Shown one piece after another: positions 50,585 through 64,000 of a stretch of 64,000 bases of DNA (positions are counted from its first letter, which is position 1; each line of letters starts with the position of its first letter). Source of the DNA: Eledone cirrhosa (lineage: Eukaryota); NCBI GenBank assembly GCA_964016885.1, contig OZ024743.1, forward strand, positions 92,442,001-92,506,000, written 5' to 3'. Both the position numbers and the translations under genes were made by a program. The notes under the pieces were generated by a model. That model did no database searches and had not been told where the DNA came from. It saw only the letters and a program-made list of their open reading frames with translations.

Positions 50585-51843
50585 TTATTTTTTTAAAAAG
50601 TTAATTTCTTTTCAGAGCTATTTATTTTTTAGTTCGGTGGCCGCTTAGGAAACCGAGCTGCTGTAAACATTTCCCTTTTTCTTTCTTTAGTTAGTTTGAT
50701 TTGCAAGCTTTTCTCTCCAGTGTCTGTTAGTTTCAAAATAATTATGCACGCAAACTTTTTCCTTTCTTTCAACTCTACCCTTCGCATACACACTACTGCA
50801 AACGTCTTATAGGCTACCGACTGCAAAAACAGAGTTTGTTGATAATTTCAGATATTTCGAACTTTTATTCCGTCCGCCTTCGGAAGTAGTGAGCCTGCTA
50901 TATACGCTAGAAAATATTTATTGAACAAAGATTTGGCTGCTTTTTCTAGCATGTAAAATGAGGGTCCATTTATACCACTTTCCATCATAATCAGAAACCA
51001 TCATTTTAACACCGAGATTCAAAGAAAAGCTCCCATCACAACTGCTATCACTTTCGCATTTCCCTCTGAAAATATTAAGTCGAAACGAAAGAAAGTATTG
51101 AGCCAACACTAAGTGTGTCTATCGGTCACATAACGGGTTCCGGAGCCTACCTCTAATAGCTTTTGACACTAGAAAACACACTGGCAACCTTACTGCGGAT
51201 GATAGCGAGTCTAAGAAGCTGATACAACCAAGCACACTCGCAGTCAGCGTCTGATACCTCGGTAAGGCGAGTGACAACTATGACAAAAAGTTCGTTGTTA
51301 GTGGACCAGCTCCTGCAAACGTCTTAGAAGCTACAGGCTGGAAAAACAGAGTTTGTTGATAATTTCCGATGTTTCAAAGTTATATTCCGTCCGCCTTCGG
51401 AAGTAGTGAGCCTGCTATATACTCTAGAAAATATTTATTGAACAAAGATTTGGCTGCTTTTTCTAGCATGTAAAATGAGCACATTTCTTTAGAGCCGTTC
51501 GAATCGAAGATGATGGACATGTGTAATAATTAATTCGGAATGGGTATCGTAGCTAGTTATTTGGCCGAGTTATATAAACAAAAAGAGAACATAAGTTTTA
51601 AAGACAGCAATATCGACAACTATGCGATACTCTCGTAGTTAATAACGTGTGCTAATTTATAAATTAGATGAGATTTATGTAAAAGTTTATTAAGCAACCT
51701 AAATTGCTTGAAAATACTATGTTCTATGGTTGAAATTATGAAAAATGTAAAACAGAAAATTAAAGTATAAAAATTACTGTAAAAGAAAGGTGTTTAGTGA
51801 GTTGTTTTATACAATAAAACTATTAAATTGAGTGTAAGATTTC

Positions 51844-51963
51844 GTTTACGGCCATATCCCGCTGAAAACACCGGTTCTCGTCCGATCACCGAAGTTAAGC
51901 AACGTCGAGCCTAGTTAGTACTTGGATGGGTGACCGCTTGGGAACCCTAGGTGCCGTAAGCGT
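51844..51963 (+). rRNA. 5S rRNA: 5S rRNA copy 38
   Basis: Array-consensus 5S sequence. Confidence 0.97.
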
Positions 51964-53223
51964 TTATTTTTTTAAAAAGTTAATTTCTTTTCAGAGCTAT
52001 TTATTTTTTAGTTCGGTGGCCGCTTAGGAAACCGAGCTGCTGTAAACATTTCCCTTTTTCTTTCTTTAGTTAGTTTGATTTGCAAGCTTTTCTCTCCAGT
52101 GTCTGTTAGTTTCAAAATAATTATGCACGCAAACTTTTTCCTTTCTTTCAACTCTACCCTTCGCATACACACTACTGCAAACGTCTTATAGGCTACCGAC
52201 TGCAAAAACAGAGTTTGTTGATAATTTCAGATATTTCGAACTTTTATTCCGTCCGCCTTCGGAAGTAGTGAGCCTGCTATATACGCTAGAAAATATTTAT
52301 TGAACAAAGATTTGGCTGCTTTTTCTAGCATGTAAAATGAGGGTCCATTTATACCACTTTCCATCCTAATCAGAAACCATCATTTTAACACCGAGATTCA
52401 AAGAAAAGCTCCCATCACAACTGCTATCACTTTCGCATTTCCCTCTGAAAATATTAAGTCGAAACGAAAGAAAGTATTGAGCCAACACTAAGTGTGTCTA
52501 TCGGTCACATAACGGGTTCCGGAGCCTACCTCTAATAGCTTTTGACACTAGAAAACACACTGGCAACCTTACTGCGGATGATAGCGAGTCTAAGAAGCTG
52601 ATACAACCAAGCACACTCGCAGTCAGCGTCTGATACCTCGGTAAGGCGAGTGGCCAACTATGACAAAAAGTTCGTTGTTAGTGGACCAGCTCCTGCAAAC
52701 GTCTTAGAAGCTACAGGCTGGAAAAACAGAGTTTGTTGATAATTTCCGATGTTTCAAAGTTATATTCCGTCCGCCTTCGGAAGTAGTGAGCCTGCTATAT
52801 ACTCTAGAAAATATTTATTGAACAAAGATTTGGCTGCTTTTTCTAGCATGTAAAATGAGCACATTTCTTTAGAGCCGTTCGAATCGAAGATGATGGACAT
52901 GTGTAATAATTAATTCGGAATGGGTATCGTAGCTAGTTATTTGGCCGAGTTATATAAACAAAAGGAGAACATAAGTTTTAAAGACAGCAATATCGACAAC
53001 TATGCGATACTCTCGTAGTTAATAACGTGTGCTAATTTATAAATTAGATGAGATTTATGTAAAAGTTTATTAAGCAACCTAAATTGCTTGAAAATACTAT
53101 GTTCTATGGTTGAAAGTATGAAAAATGTAAAACAGAAAATTAAAGTATAAAAATTACTGTAAAAGAAAGGTGTTTAGTGAGTTGTTTTATACAATAAAAC
53201 TATTAAATTGAGTGTAAGATTTC

Positions 53224-53343
53224 GTTTACGGCCATATCCCGCTGAAAACACCGGTTCTCGTCCGATCACCGAAGTTAAGCAACGTCGAGCCTAGTTAGTA
53301 CTTGGATGGGTGACCGCTTGGGAACCCTAGGTGCCGTAAGCGT
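53224..53343 (+). rRNA. 5S rRNA: 5S rRNA copy 39
   Basis: Array-consensus 5S sequence. Confidence 0.97.
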
Positions 53344-54603
53344 TTATTTTTTTAAAAAGTTAATTTCTTTTCAGAGCTATTTATTTTTTAGTTCGGTGGC
53401 CGCTTAGGAAACCGAGCTGCTGTAAACATTTCCCTTTTTCTTTCTTTAGTTAGTTTGATTTGCAAGCTTTTCTCTCCAGTGTCTGTTAGTTTCAAAATAA
53501 TTATGCACGCAAACTTTTTCCTTTCTTTCAACTCTACCCTTCGCATACACACTACTGCAAACGTCTTATAGGCTACCGACTGCAAAAACAGAGTTTGTTG
53601 ATAATTTCAGATATTTCGAACTTTTATTCCGTCCGCCTTCGGAAGTAGTGAGCCTGCTATATACGCTAGAAAATATTTATTGAACAAAGATTTGGCTGCT
53701 TTTTCTAGCATGTAAAATGAGGGTCCATTTATACCACTTTCCATCCTAATCAGAAACCATCATTTTAACACCGAGATTCAAAGAAAAGCTCCCATCACAA
53801 CTGCTATCACTTTCGCATTTCCCTCTGAAAATATTAAGTCGAAACGAAAGAAAGTATTGAGCCAACACTAAGTGTGTCTATCGGTCACATAACGGGTTCC
53901 GGAGCCTACCTCTAATAGCTTTTGACACTAGAAAACACACTGGCAACCTTACTGCGGATGATAGCGAGTCTAAGAAGCTGATACAACCAAGCAGACTCGC
54001 AGTCAGCGTCTGATACCTCGGTAAGGCGAGTGGCCAACTATGACAAAAAGTTCGTTGTTAGTGGACCAGCTCCTGCAAACGTCTTAGAAGCTACAGGCTG
54101 GAAAAACAGAGTTTGTTGATAATTTCCGATGTTTCAAAGTTATATTCCGTCCGCCTTCGGAAGTAGTGAGCCTGCTATATACTCTAGAAAATATTTATTG
54201 AACAAAGATTTGGCTGCTTTTTCTAGCATGTAAAATGAGCACATTTCTTTAGAGCCGTTCGAATCGAAGATGATGGACATGTGTAATAATTAATTCGGAA
54301 TGGGTATCGTAGCTAGTTATTTGGCCGAGTTATATAAACAAAAAGAGAACATAAGTTTTAAAGACAGCAATATCGACAACTATGCGATACTCTCGTAGTT
54401 AACAACGTGTGCTAATTTAAAAGTTAGATGAGATTTATGCAAAAGTTTATTAAGCAACCTAAATTGCTTGAAAATACTATGTTCTATGGTTGAAAGTATG
54501 AAAAATGTAAAATAGAAAATTAAAGTATAAAAATTACTGTAAAAGAAAGGTGTTTAGTGAGTTGTTTTATACAATAAAACTATTAAATTGAGTGTAAGCT
54601 TTC

Positions 54604-54723
54604 GTTTACGGCCATATCCCGCTGAAAACACCGGTTCTCGTCCGATCACCGAAGTTAAGCAACGTCGAGCCTAGTTAGTACTTGGATGGGTGACCGCTTG
54701 GGAACCCTAGGTGCCGTAAGCGT
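54604..54723 (+). rRNA. 5S rRNA: 5S rRNA copy 40
   Basis: Array-consensus 5S sequence. Confidence 0.97.
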
Positions 54724-55982
54724 TTATTTTTTTAAAAAGTTAATTTCTTTTCAGAGCTGTTTATTTTTTACTTGGGTGAGCGCTTAGGAAACCGAGCTGC
54801 TGTAAACATTTCCCTTTTTCTTTCTTTAGTTAGTTTGATTTGCAAGCTTTTCTCTCCAGTGTCTGTTAGTTTCAAAATAATTATGCACGCAAACTTTTTC
54901 CTTTCTTTCAACTCTACCCTTCGCATACACACTACTGCAAACGTCTTATAGGCTACCGACTGCAAAAACAGAGTTTGTTGATAATTTCAGATATTTCGAA
55001 CTTTTATTCCGTCCGCCTTCGGAAGTAGTGAGCCTGCTATATACGCTAGAAAATATTTATTGAACAAAGATTTGGCTGCTTTTTCTAGCATGTAAAATGA
55101 GGGTCCATTTATACCACTTTCCATCCTAATCAGAAACCATCATTTTAACACCGAGATTCAAAGAAAAGCTCCCATCACAACTGCTATCACTTTCGCATTT
55201 CCCTCTGAAAATATTAAGTCGAAACGAAAGAAAGTATTGAGCCAACACTAAGTGTGTCTATCGGTCACATAACGGGTTCCGGAGCCTACCTCTAATAGCT
55301 TTTGACACTAGAAAACACACTGGCAACCTTACTGCGGATGATAGCGAGTCTAAGAAGCTGATACAACCAAGCACACTCGCAGTCAGCGTCTGATACCTCG
55401 GTAAGGCGAGTGACAACTATGACAAAAAGTTCGTTGTTAGTGGACCAGCTCCTGCAAACGTCTTAGAAGCTACAGGCTGGAAAAACAGAGTTTGTTGATA
55501 ATTTCCGATGTTTCAAAGTTATATTCCGTCCGCTTTCGGAAGTAGTGAGCCTGCTATATACTCTAGAAAATATTTATTGAACAAAGATTTGGCTGCTTTT
55601 TCTAGCATGTAAAATGAGCACATTTCTTTAGAGCCGTTCGAATCGAAGATGATGGACATGTGTAATAATTAATTCGGAATGGGTATCGTAGCTAGTTATT
55701 TGGCCGAGTTATATAAACAAAAAGAGAACATAAGTTTTAAAGACAGCAATATCGACAACTATGCGATACTCTCGTAGTTAATAACGTGTGCTAATTTATA
55801 AATTAGATGAGATTTATGTAAAAGTTTATTAAGCAACCTAAATTGCTTGAAAATACTATGTTCTATGGTTGAAAGTATGAAAAATGTAAAACAGAAAATT
55901 AAAGTATAAAAATTACTGTAAAAGAAAGGTGTTTAGTGAGTTGTTTTATACAATAAAACTATTAAATTGAGTGTAAGATATC

Positions 55983-56102
55983 GTTTACGGCCATATCCCG
56001 CTGAAAACACCGGTTCTCGTCCGATCACCGAAGTTAAGCAACGTCGAGCCTAGTTAGTACTTGGATGGGTGACCGCTTGGGAACCCTAGGTGCCGTAAGC
56101 GT
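55983..56102 (+). rRNA. 5S rRNA: 5S rRNA copy 41
   Basis: Array-consensus 5S sequence. Confidence 0.97.
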
Positions 56103-57362
56103 TTATTTTTTTAAAAAGTTAATTTCTTTTCAGAGCTATTTATTTTTTAGTTCGGTGGCCGCTTAGGAAACCGAGCTGCTGTAAACATTTCCCTTTTTCT
56201 TTCTTTAGTTAGTTTGATTTGCAAGCTTTTCTCTCCAGTGTCTGTTAGTTTCAAAATAATTATGCACGCAAACTTTTTCCTTTCTTTCAACTCTACCCTT
56301 CGCATACACACTACTGCAAACGTCTTATAGGCTACCGACTGCAAAAACAGAGTTTGTTGATAATTTCAGATATTTCGAACTTTTATTCCGTCCGCCTTCG
56401 GAAGTAGTGAGCCTGCTATATACGCTAGAAAATATTTATTGAACAAAGATTTGGCTGCTTTTTCTAGCATGTAAAATGAGGGTCCATTTATACCACTTTC
56501 CATCCTAATCAGAAACCATCATTTTAACACCGAGATTCAAAGAAAAGCTCCCATCACAACTGCTATCACTTTCGCATTTCCCTCTGAAAATATTAAGTCG
56601 AAACGAAAGAAAGTATTGAGCCAACACTAAGTGTGTCTATCGGTCACATAACGGGTTCCGGAGCCTACCTCTAATAGCTTTTGACACTAGAAAACACACT
56701 GGCAACCTTACTGCGGATGATAGCGAGTCTAAGAAGCTGATACAACCAAGCAGACTCGCAGTCAGCGTCTGATACCTCGGTAAGGCGAGTGGCCAACTAT
56801 GACAAAAAGTTCGTTGTTAGTGGACCAGCTCCTGCAAACGTCTTAGAAGCTACAGGCTGGAAAAACAGAGTTTGTTGATAATTTCCGATGTTTCAAAGTT
56901 ATATTCCGTCCGCCTTCGGAAGTAGTGAGCCTGCTATATACTCTAGAAAATATTTATTGAACAAAGATTTGGCTGCTTTTTCTAGCATGTAAAATGAGCA
57001 CATTTCTTTAGAGCCGTTCGAATCGAAGATGATGGACATGTGTAATAATTAATTCGGAATGGGTATCGTAGCTAGTTATTTGGCCGAGTTATATAAACAA
57101 AAAGAGAACATAAGTTTTAAAGACAGCAATATCGACAACTATGCGATACTCTCGTAGTTAATAACGTGTGCTAATTTATAAATTAGATGAGATTTATGCA
57201 AAAGTTTATTAAGCAACCTAAATTGCTTGAAAATACTATGTTCTATGGTTGAAAGTATGAAAAATGTAAAATAGAAAATTAAAGTATAAAAATTACTGTA
57301 AAAGAAAGGTGTTTAGTGAGTTGTTTTATACAATAAAACTATTAAATTGAGTGTAAGATTTC

Positions 57363-57482
57363 GTTTACGGCCATATCCCGCTGAAAACACCGGTTCTCGT
57401 CCGATCACCGAAGTTAAGCAACGTCGAGCCTAGTTAGTACTTGGATGGGTGACCGCTTGGGAACCCTAGGTGCCGTAAGCGT
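57363..57482 (+). rRNA. 5S rRNA: 5S rRNA copy 42
   Basis: Array-consensus 5S sequence. Confidence 0.97.
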
Positions 57483-58741
57483 TTATTTTTTTAAAAAATT
57501 AATTTCTTTTCAGAGCTGTTTATTTTTTACTTGGGTGAGCGCTTAGGAAACCGAGCTGCTGTAAACATTTCCCTTTTTCTTTCTTTAGTTAGTTTGATTT
57601 GCAAGCTTTTCTCTCCAGTGTCTGTTAGTTTCAAAATAATTATGCACGCAAACTTTTTCCTTTCTTTCAACTCTACCCTTCGCATACACACTACTGCAAA
57701 CGTCTTATAGGCTACCGACTGCAAAAACAGAGTTTGTTGATAATTTCAGATATTTCGAACTTTTATTCCGTCCGCCTTCGGAAGTAGTGAGCCTGCTATA
57801 TACGCTAGAAAATATTTATTGAACAAAGATTTGGCTGCTTTTTCTAGCATGTAAAATGAGGGTCCATTTATACCACTTTCCATCCTAATCAGAAACCATC
57901 ATTTTAACACCGAGATTCAAAGAAAAGCTCCCATCACAACTGCTATCACTTTCGCATTTCCCTCTGAAAATATTAAGTCGAAACGAAAGAAAGTATTGAG
58001 CCAACACTAAGTGTGTCTATCGGTCACATAACGGGTTCCGGAGTCTACCTCTAATAGCTTTTGACACTAGAAAACACACTGGCAACCTTACTGCGGATGA
58101 TAGCGAGTCTAAGAAGCTGATACAACCAAGCACACTCGCAGTCAGCGTCTGATACCTCGGTAAGGCGAGTGACAACTATGACAAAAAGTTCGTTGTTAGT
58201 GGACCAGCTCCTGCAAACGTCTTAGAAGCTACAGGCTGGAAAAACAGAGTTTGTTGATAATTTCCGATGTTTCAAAGTTATATTCCGTCCGCCTTCGGAA
58301 GTAGTGAGCCTGCTATATACTCTAGAAAATATTTATTGAACAAAGATTTGGCTGCTTTTTCTAGCATGTAAAATGAGCACATTTCTTTAGAGCCGTTCGA
58401 ATCGAAGATGATGGACATGTGTAATAATTAATTCGGAATGGGTATCGTAGCTAGTTATTTGGCCGAGTTATATAAACAAAAAGAGAACATAAGTTTTAAA
58501 GACAGCAATATCGACAACTATGCGATACTCTCGTAGTTAATAACGTGTGCTAATTTATAAATTAGATGAGATTTATGTAAAAGTTTATTAAGCAACCTAA
58601 ATTGCTTGAAAATACTATGTTCTATGGTTGAAAGTATGAAAAATGTAAAACAGAAAATTAAAGTATAAAAATTACTGTAAAAGAAAGGTGTTTAGTGAGT
58701 TGTTTTATACAATAAAACTATTAAATTGAGTGTAAGCTTTC

Positions 58742-58861
58742 GTTTACGGCCATATCCCGCTGAAAACACCGGTTCTCGTCCGATCACCGAAGTTAAGCAA
58801 CGTCGAGCCTAGTTAGTACTTGGATGGGTGACCGCTTGGGAACCCTAGGTGCCGTAAGCGT
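58742..58861 (+). rRNA. 5S rRNA: 5S rRNA copy 43
   Basis: Array-consensus 5S sequence. Confidence 0.97.
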
Positions 58862-60121
58862 TTATTTTTTTAAAAAGTTAATTTCTTTTCAGAGCTATTT
58901 ATTTTTTAGTTCGGTGGCCGCTTAGGAAACCGAGCTGCTGTAAACATTTCCCTTTTTCTTTCTTTAGTTAGTTTGATTTGCAAGCTTTTCTCTCCAGTGT
59001 CTGTTAGTTTCAAAATAATTATGCACGCAAACTTTTTCCTTTCTTTCAACTCTACCCTTCGCATACACACTACTGCAAACGTCTTATAGGCTACCGACTG
59101 CAAAAACAGAGTTTGTTGATAATTTCAGATATTTCGAACTTTTATTCCGTCCGCCTTCGGAAGTAGTGAGCCTGCTATATACGCTAGAAAATATTTATTG
59201 AACAAAGATTTGGCTGCTTTTTCTAGCATGTAAAATGAGGGTCCATTTATACCACTTTCCATCCTAATCAGAAACCATCATTTTAACACCGAGATTCAAA
59301 GAAAAGCTCCCATCACAACTGCTATCACTTTCGCATTTCCCTCTGAAAATATTAAGTCGAAACGAAAGAAAGTATTGAGCCAACACTAAGTGTGTCTATC
59401 GGTCACATAACGGGTTCCGGAGCCTACCTCTAATAGCTTTTGACACTAGAAAACACACTGGCAACCTTACTGCGGATGATAGCGAGTCTAAGAAGCTGAT
59501 ACAACCAAGCAGACTCGCAGTCAGCGTCTGATACCTCGGTAAGGCGAGTGGCCAACTATGACAAAAAGTTCGTTGTTAGTGGACCAGCTCCTGCAAACGT
59601 CTTAGAAGCTACAGGCTGGAAAAACAGAGTTTGTTGATAATTTCCGATGTTTCAAAGTTATATTCCGTCCGCCTTCGGAAGTAGTGAGCCTGCTATATAC
59701 TCTAGAAAATATTTATTGAACAAAGATTTGGCTGCTTTTTCTAGCATGTAAAATGAGCACATTTCTTTAGAGCCTTTCGAATCGAAGATGATGGACATGT
59801 GTAATAATTAATTCGGAATGGGTATCGTAGCTAGTTATTTGGCCGAGTTATATAAACAAAAAGAGAACATAAGTTTTAAAGACAGCAATATCGACAACTA
59901 TGCGATACTCTCGTAGTTAATAACGTGTGCTAATTTAAAAGTTAGATGAGATTTATGCAAAAGTTTATTAAGCAACCTAAATTGCTTGAAAATACTATGT
60001 TCTATGGTTGAAAGTATGAAAAATGTAAAATAGAAAATTAAAGTATAAAAATTACTGTAAAAGAAAGGTGTTTAGTGAGTTGTTTTATACAATAAAACTA
60101 TTAAATTGAGTGTAAGCTTTC

Positions 60122-60241
60122 GTTTACGGCCATATCCCGCTGAAAACACCGGTTCTCGTCCGATCACCGAAGTTAAGCAACGTCGAGCCTAGTTAGTACT
60201 TGGATGGGTGACCGCTTGGGAACCCTAGGTGCCGTAAGCGT
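60122..60241 (+). rRNA. 5S rRNA: 5S rRNA copy 44
   Basis: Array-consensus 5S sequence. Confidence 0.97.
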
Positions 60242-61500
60242 TTATTTTTTTAAAAAGTTAATTTCTTTTCAGAGCTGTTTATTTTTTACTTGGGTGAGCG
60301 CTTAGGAAACCGAGCTGCTGTAAACATTTCCCTTTTTCTTTCTTTAGTTAGTTTGATTTGCAAGCTTTTCTCTCCAGTGTCTGTTAGTTTCAAAATAATT
60401 ATGCACGCAAACTTTTTCCTTTCTTTCAACTCTACCCTTCGCATACACACTACTGCAAACGTCTTATAGGCTACCGACTGCAAAAACAGAGTTTGTTGAT
60501 AATTTCAGATATTTCGAACTTTTATTCCGTCCGCCTTCGGAAGTAGTGAGCCTGCTATATACGCTAGAAAATATTTATTGAACAAAGATTTGGCTGCTTT
60601 TTCTAGCATGTAAAATGAGGGTCCATTTATACCACTTTCCATCCTAATCAGAAACCATCATTTTAACACCGAGATTCAAAGAAAAGCTCCCATCACAACT
60701 GCTATCACTTTCGCATTTCCCTCTGAAAATATTAAGTCGAAACGAAAGAAAGTATTGAGCCAACACTAAGTGTGTCTATCGGTCACATAACGGGTTCCGG
60801 AGCCTACCTCTAATAGCTTTTGACACTAGAAAACACACTGGCAACCTTACTGCGGATGATAGCGAGTCTAAGAAGCTGATACAACCAAGCACACTCGCAG
60901 TCAGCGTCTGATACCTCGGTAAGGCGAGTGACAACTATGACAAAAAGTTCGTTGTTAGTGGACCAGCTCCTGCAAACGTCTTAGAAGCTACAGGCTGGAA
61001 AAACAGAGTTTGTTGATAATTTCCGATGTTTCAAAGTTATATTCCGTCCGCTTTCGGAAGTAGTGAGCCTGCTATATACTCTAGAAAATATTTATTGAAC
61101 AAAGATTTGGCTGCTTTTTCTAGCATGTAAAATGAGCACATTTCTTTAGAGCCGTTCGAATCGAAGATGATGGACATGTGTAATAATTAATTCGGAATGG
61201 GTATCGTAGCTAGTTATTTGGCCGAGTTATATAAACAAAAAGAGAACATAAGTTTTAAAGACAGCAATATCGACAACTATGCGATACTCTCGTAGTTAAT
61301 AACGTGTGCTAATTTATAAATTAGATGAGATTTATGTAAAAGTTTATTAAGCAACCTAAATTGCTTGAAAATACTATGTTCTATGGTTGAAAGTATGAAA
61401 AATGTAAAACAGAAAATTAAAGTATAAAAATTACTGTAAAAGAAAGGTGTTTAGTGAGTTGTTTTATACAATAAAACTATTAAATTGAGTGTAAGATATC

Positions 61501-61620
61501 GTTTACGGCCATATCCCGCTGAAAACACCGGTTCTCGTCCGATCACCGAAGTTAAGCAACGTCGAGCCTAGTTAGTACTTGGATGGGTGACCGCTTGGGA
61601 ACCCTAGGTGCCGTAAGCGT
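61501..61620 (+). rRNA. 5S rRNA: 5S rRNA copy 45
   Basis: Array-consensus 5S sequence. Confidence 0.97.
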
Positions 61621-62879
61621 TTATTTTTTTAAAAAGTTAATTTCTTTTCAGAGCTATTTATTTTTTAGTTCGGTGGCCGCTTAGGAAACCGAGCTGCTGT
61701 AAACATTTCCCTTTTTCTTTCTTTAGTTAGTTTGATTTGCAAGCTTTTCTCTCCAGTGTCTGTTAGTTTCAAAATAATTATGCACGCAAACTTTTTCCTT
61801 TCTTTCAACTCTACCCTTCGCATACACACTACTGCAAACGTCTTATAGGCTACCGACTGCAAAAACAGAGTTTGTTGATAATTTCAGATATTTCGAACTT
61901 TTATTCCGTCCGCCTTCGGAAGTAGTGAGCCTGCTATATACGCTAGAAAATATTTATTGAACAAAGATTTGGCTGCTTTTTCTAGCATGTAAAATGAGGG
62001 TCCATTTATACCACTTTCCATCCTAATCAGAAACCATCATTTTAACACCGAGATTCAAAGAAAAGCTCCCATCACAACTGCTATCACTTTCGCATTTCCC
62101 TCTGAAAATATTAAGTCGAAACGAAAGAAAGTATTGAGCCAACACTAAGTGTGTCTATCGGTCACATAACGGGTTCCGGAGTCTACCTCTAATAGCTTTT
62201 GACACTAGAAAACACACTGGCAACCTTACTGCGGATGATAGCGAGTCTAAGAAGCTGATACAACCAAGCACACTCGCAGTCAGCGTCTGATACCTCGGTA
62301 AGGCGAGTGACAACTATGACAAAAAGTTCGTTGTTAGTGGACCAGCTCCTGCAAACGTCTTAGAAGCTACAGGCTGGAAAAACAGAGTTTGTTGATAATT
62401 TCCGATGTTTCAAAGTTATATTCCGTCCGCCTTCGGAAGTAGTGAGCCTGCTATATACTCTAGAAAATATTTATTGAACAAAGATTTGGCTGCTTTTTCT
62501 AGCATGTAAAATGAGCACATTTCTTTAGAGCCGTTCGAATCGAAGATGATGGACATGTGTAATAATTAATTCGGAATGGGTATCGTAGCTAGTTATTTGG
62601 CCGAGTTATATAAACAAAAAGAGAACATAAGTTTTAAAGACAGCAATATCGACAACTATGCGATACTCTCGTAGTTAATAACGTGTGCTAATTTATAAAT
62701 TAGATGAGATTTATGCAAAAGTTTATTAAGCAACCTAAATTGCTTGAAAATACTATGTTCTATGGTTGAAAGTATGAAAAATGTAAAATAGAAAATTAAA
62801 GTATAAAAATTACTGTAAAAGAAAGGTGTTTAGTGAGTTGTTTTATACAATAAAACTATTAAATTGAGTGTAAGATTTC

Positions 62880-62999
62880 GTTTACGGCCATATCCCGCTG
62901 AAAACACCGGTTCTCGTCCGATCACCGAAGTTAAGCAACGTCGAGCCTAGTTAGTACTTGGATGGGTGACCGCTTGGGAACCCTAGGTGCCGTAAGCGT
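62880..62999 (+). rRNA. 5S rRNA: 5S rRNA copy 46
   Basis: Array-consensus 5S sequence. Confidence 0.97.
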
Positions 63000-64000
63000 T
63001 TATTTTTTTAAAAAATTAATTTCTTTTCAGAGCTGTTTATTTTTTACTTGGGTGAGCGCTTAGGAAACCGAGCTGCTGTAAACATTTCCCTTTTTCTTTC
63101 TTTAGTTAGTTTGATTTGCAAGCTTTTCTCTCCAGTGTCTGTTAGTTTCAAAATAATTATGCACGCAAACTTTTTCCTTTCTTTCAACTCTACCCTTCGC
63201 ATACACACTACTGCAAACGTCTTATAGGCTACCGACTGCAAAAACAGAGTTTGTTGATAATTTCAGATATTTCGAACTTTTATTCCGTCCGCCTTCGGAA
63301 GTAGTGAGCCTGCTATATACGCTAGAAAATATTTATTGAACAAAGATTTGGCTGCTTTTTCTAGCATGTAAAATGAGGGTCCATTTATACCACTTTCCAT
63401 CATAATCAGAAACCATCATTTTAACACCGAGATTCAAAGAAAAGCTCCCATCACAACTGCTATCACTTTCGCATTTCCCTCTGAAAATATTAAGTCGAAA
63501 CGAAAGAAAGTATTGAGCCAACACTAAGTGTGTCTATCGGTCACATAACGGGTTCCGGAGCCTACCTCTAATAGCTTTTGACACTAGAAAACACACTGGC
63601 AACCTTACTGCGGATGATAGCGAGTCTAAGAAGCTGATACAACCAAGCACACTCGCAGTCAGCGTCTGATACCTCGGTAAGGCGAGTGACAACTATGACA
63701 AAAAGTTCGTTGTTAGTGGACCAGCTCCTGCAAACGTCTTAGAAGCTACAGGCTGGAAAAACAGAGTTTGTTGATAATTTCCGATGTTTCAAAGTTATAT
63801 TCCGTCCGCCTTCGGAAGTAGTGAGCCTGCTATATACTCTAGAAAATATTTATTGAACAAAGATTTGGCTGCTTTTTCTAGCATGTAAAATGAGCACATT
63901 TCTTTAGAGCCGTTCGAATCGAAGATGATGGACATGTGTAATAATTAATTCGGAATGGGTATCGTAGCTAGTTATTTGGCCGAGTTATATAAACAAAAAG

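Larger units (their letters stand above)
1..64000 (+). repeat. 5S rDNA tandem array, about 46.4 head-to-tail units of 1378-1380 bp
   Basis: CAACTGCTATCACTTTCGC at 1 recurs at 1381, 2760 and onward. The ORF track repeats 46 times at 1378-1380 bp spacing. Units differ only by scattered SNPs and two 1-bp indels (GTGGCCAAC/GTGACAAC and AAGCA[G/C/-]ACTC). The array runs off both window ends. Confidence 0.99.

Noticed and set aside
1-64000. CRISPR array, prokaryotic system or retrotransposon insertion into 5S genes
   Set aside because: The sequences between repeats are themselves repeated rather than unique, there are no long ORFs, and unit length is constant at 1378-1380 bp, so there are no insertions.

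Overview
The whole window is a head-to-tail eukaryotic 5S rDNA array. It holds about 46.4 units of 1378-1380 bp, each with one plus-strand 5S rRNA gene (46 copies; the first at 807-926). The 5S sequence looks like that of an invertebrate metazoan and is closest to mollusc/annelid/bryozoan-type sequences as I recall them; this was not checked against a database. There are no credible protein-coding genes, CRISPR arrays or autonomous mobile elements. The spacer of about 1260 bp has internal structure. (i) A degenerate copy of the 3' third of 5S lies 86 bp downstream of the corresponding part of every gene and occurs as two alleles. (ii) A 167-bp direct repeat occurs twice per unit and divides it into a 5S module and a second module of about 350 bp. 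(iii) That second module contains an imperfect hairpin of about 95 nt with box C/D-like motifs. (iv) There is an isolated tRNA-type B box. All 46 5S copies also share three uncompensated stem mismatches (C16.U62, C19.A59, U72.C103), so the array may encode a variant or decaying 5S class. SNP haplotypes show multi-unit duplications and recombinant units. All alignments and folds were done by eye.
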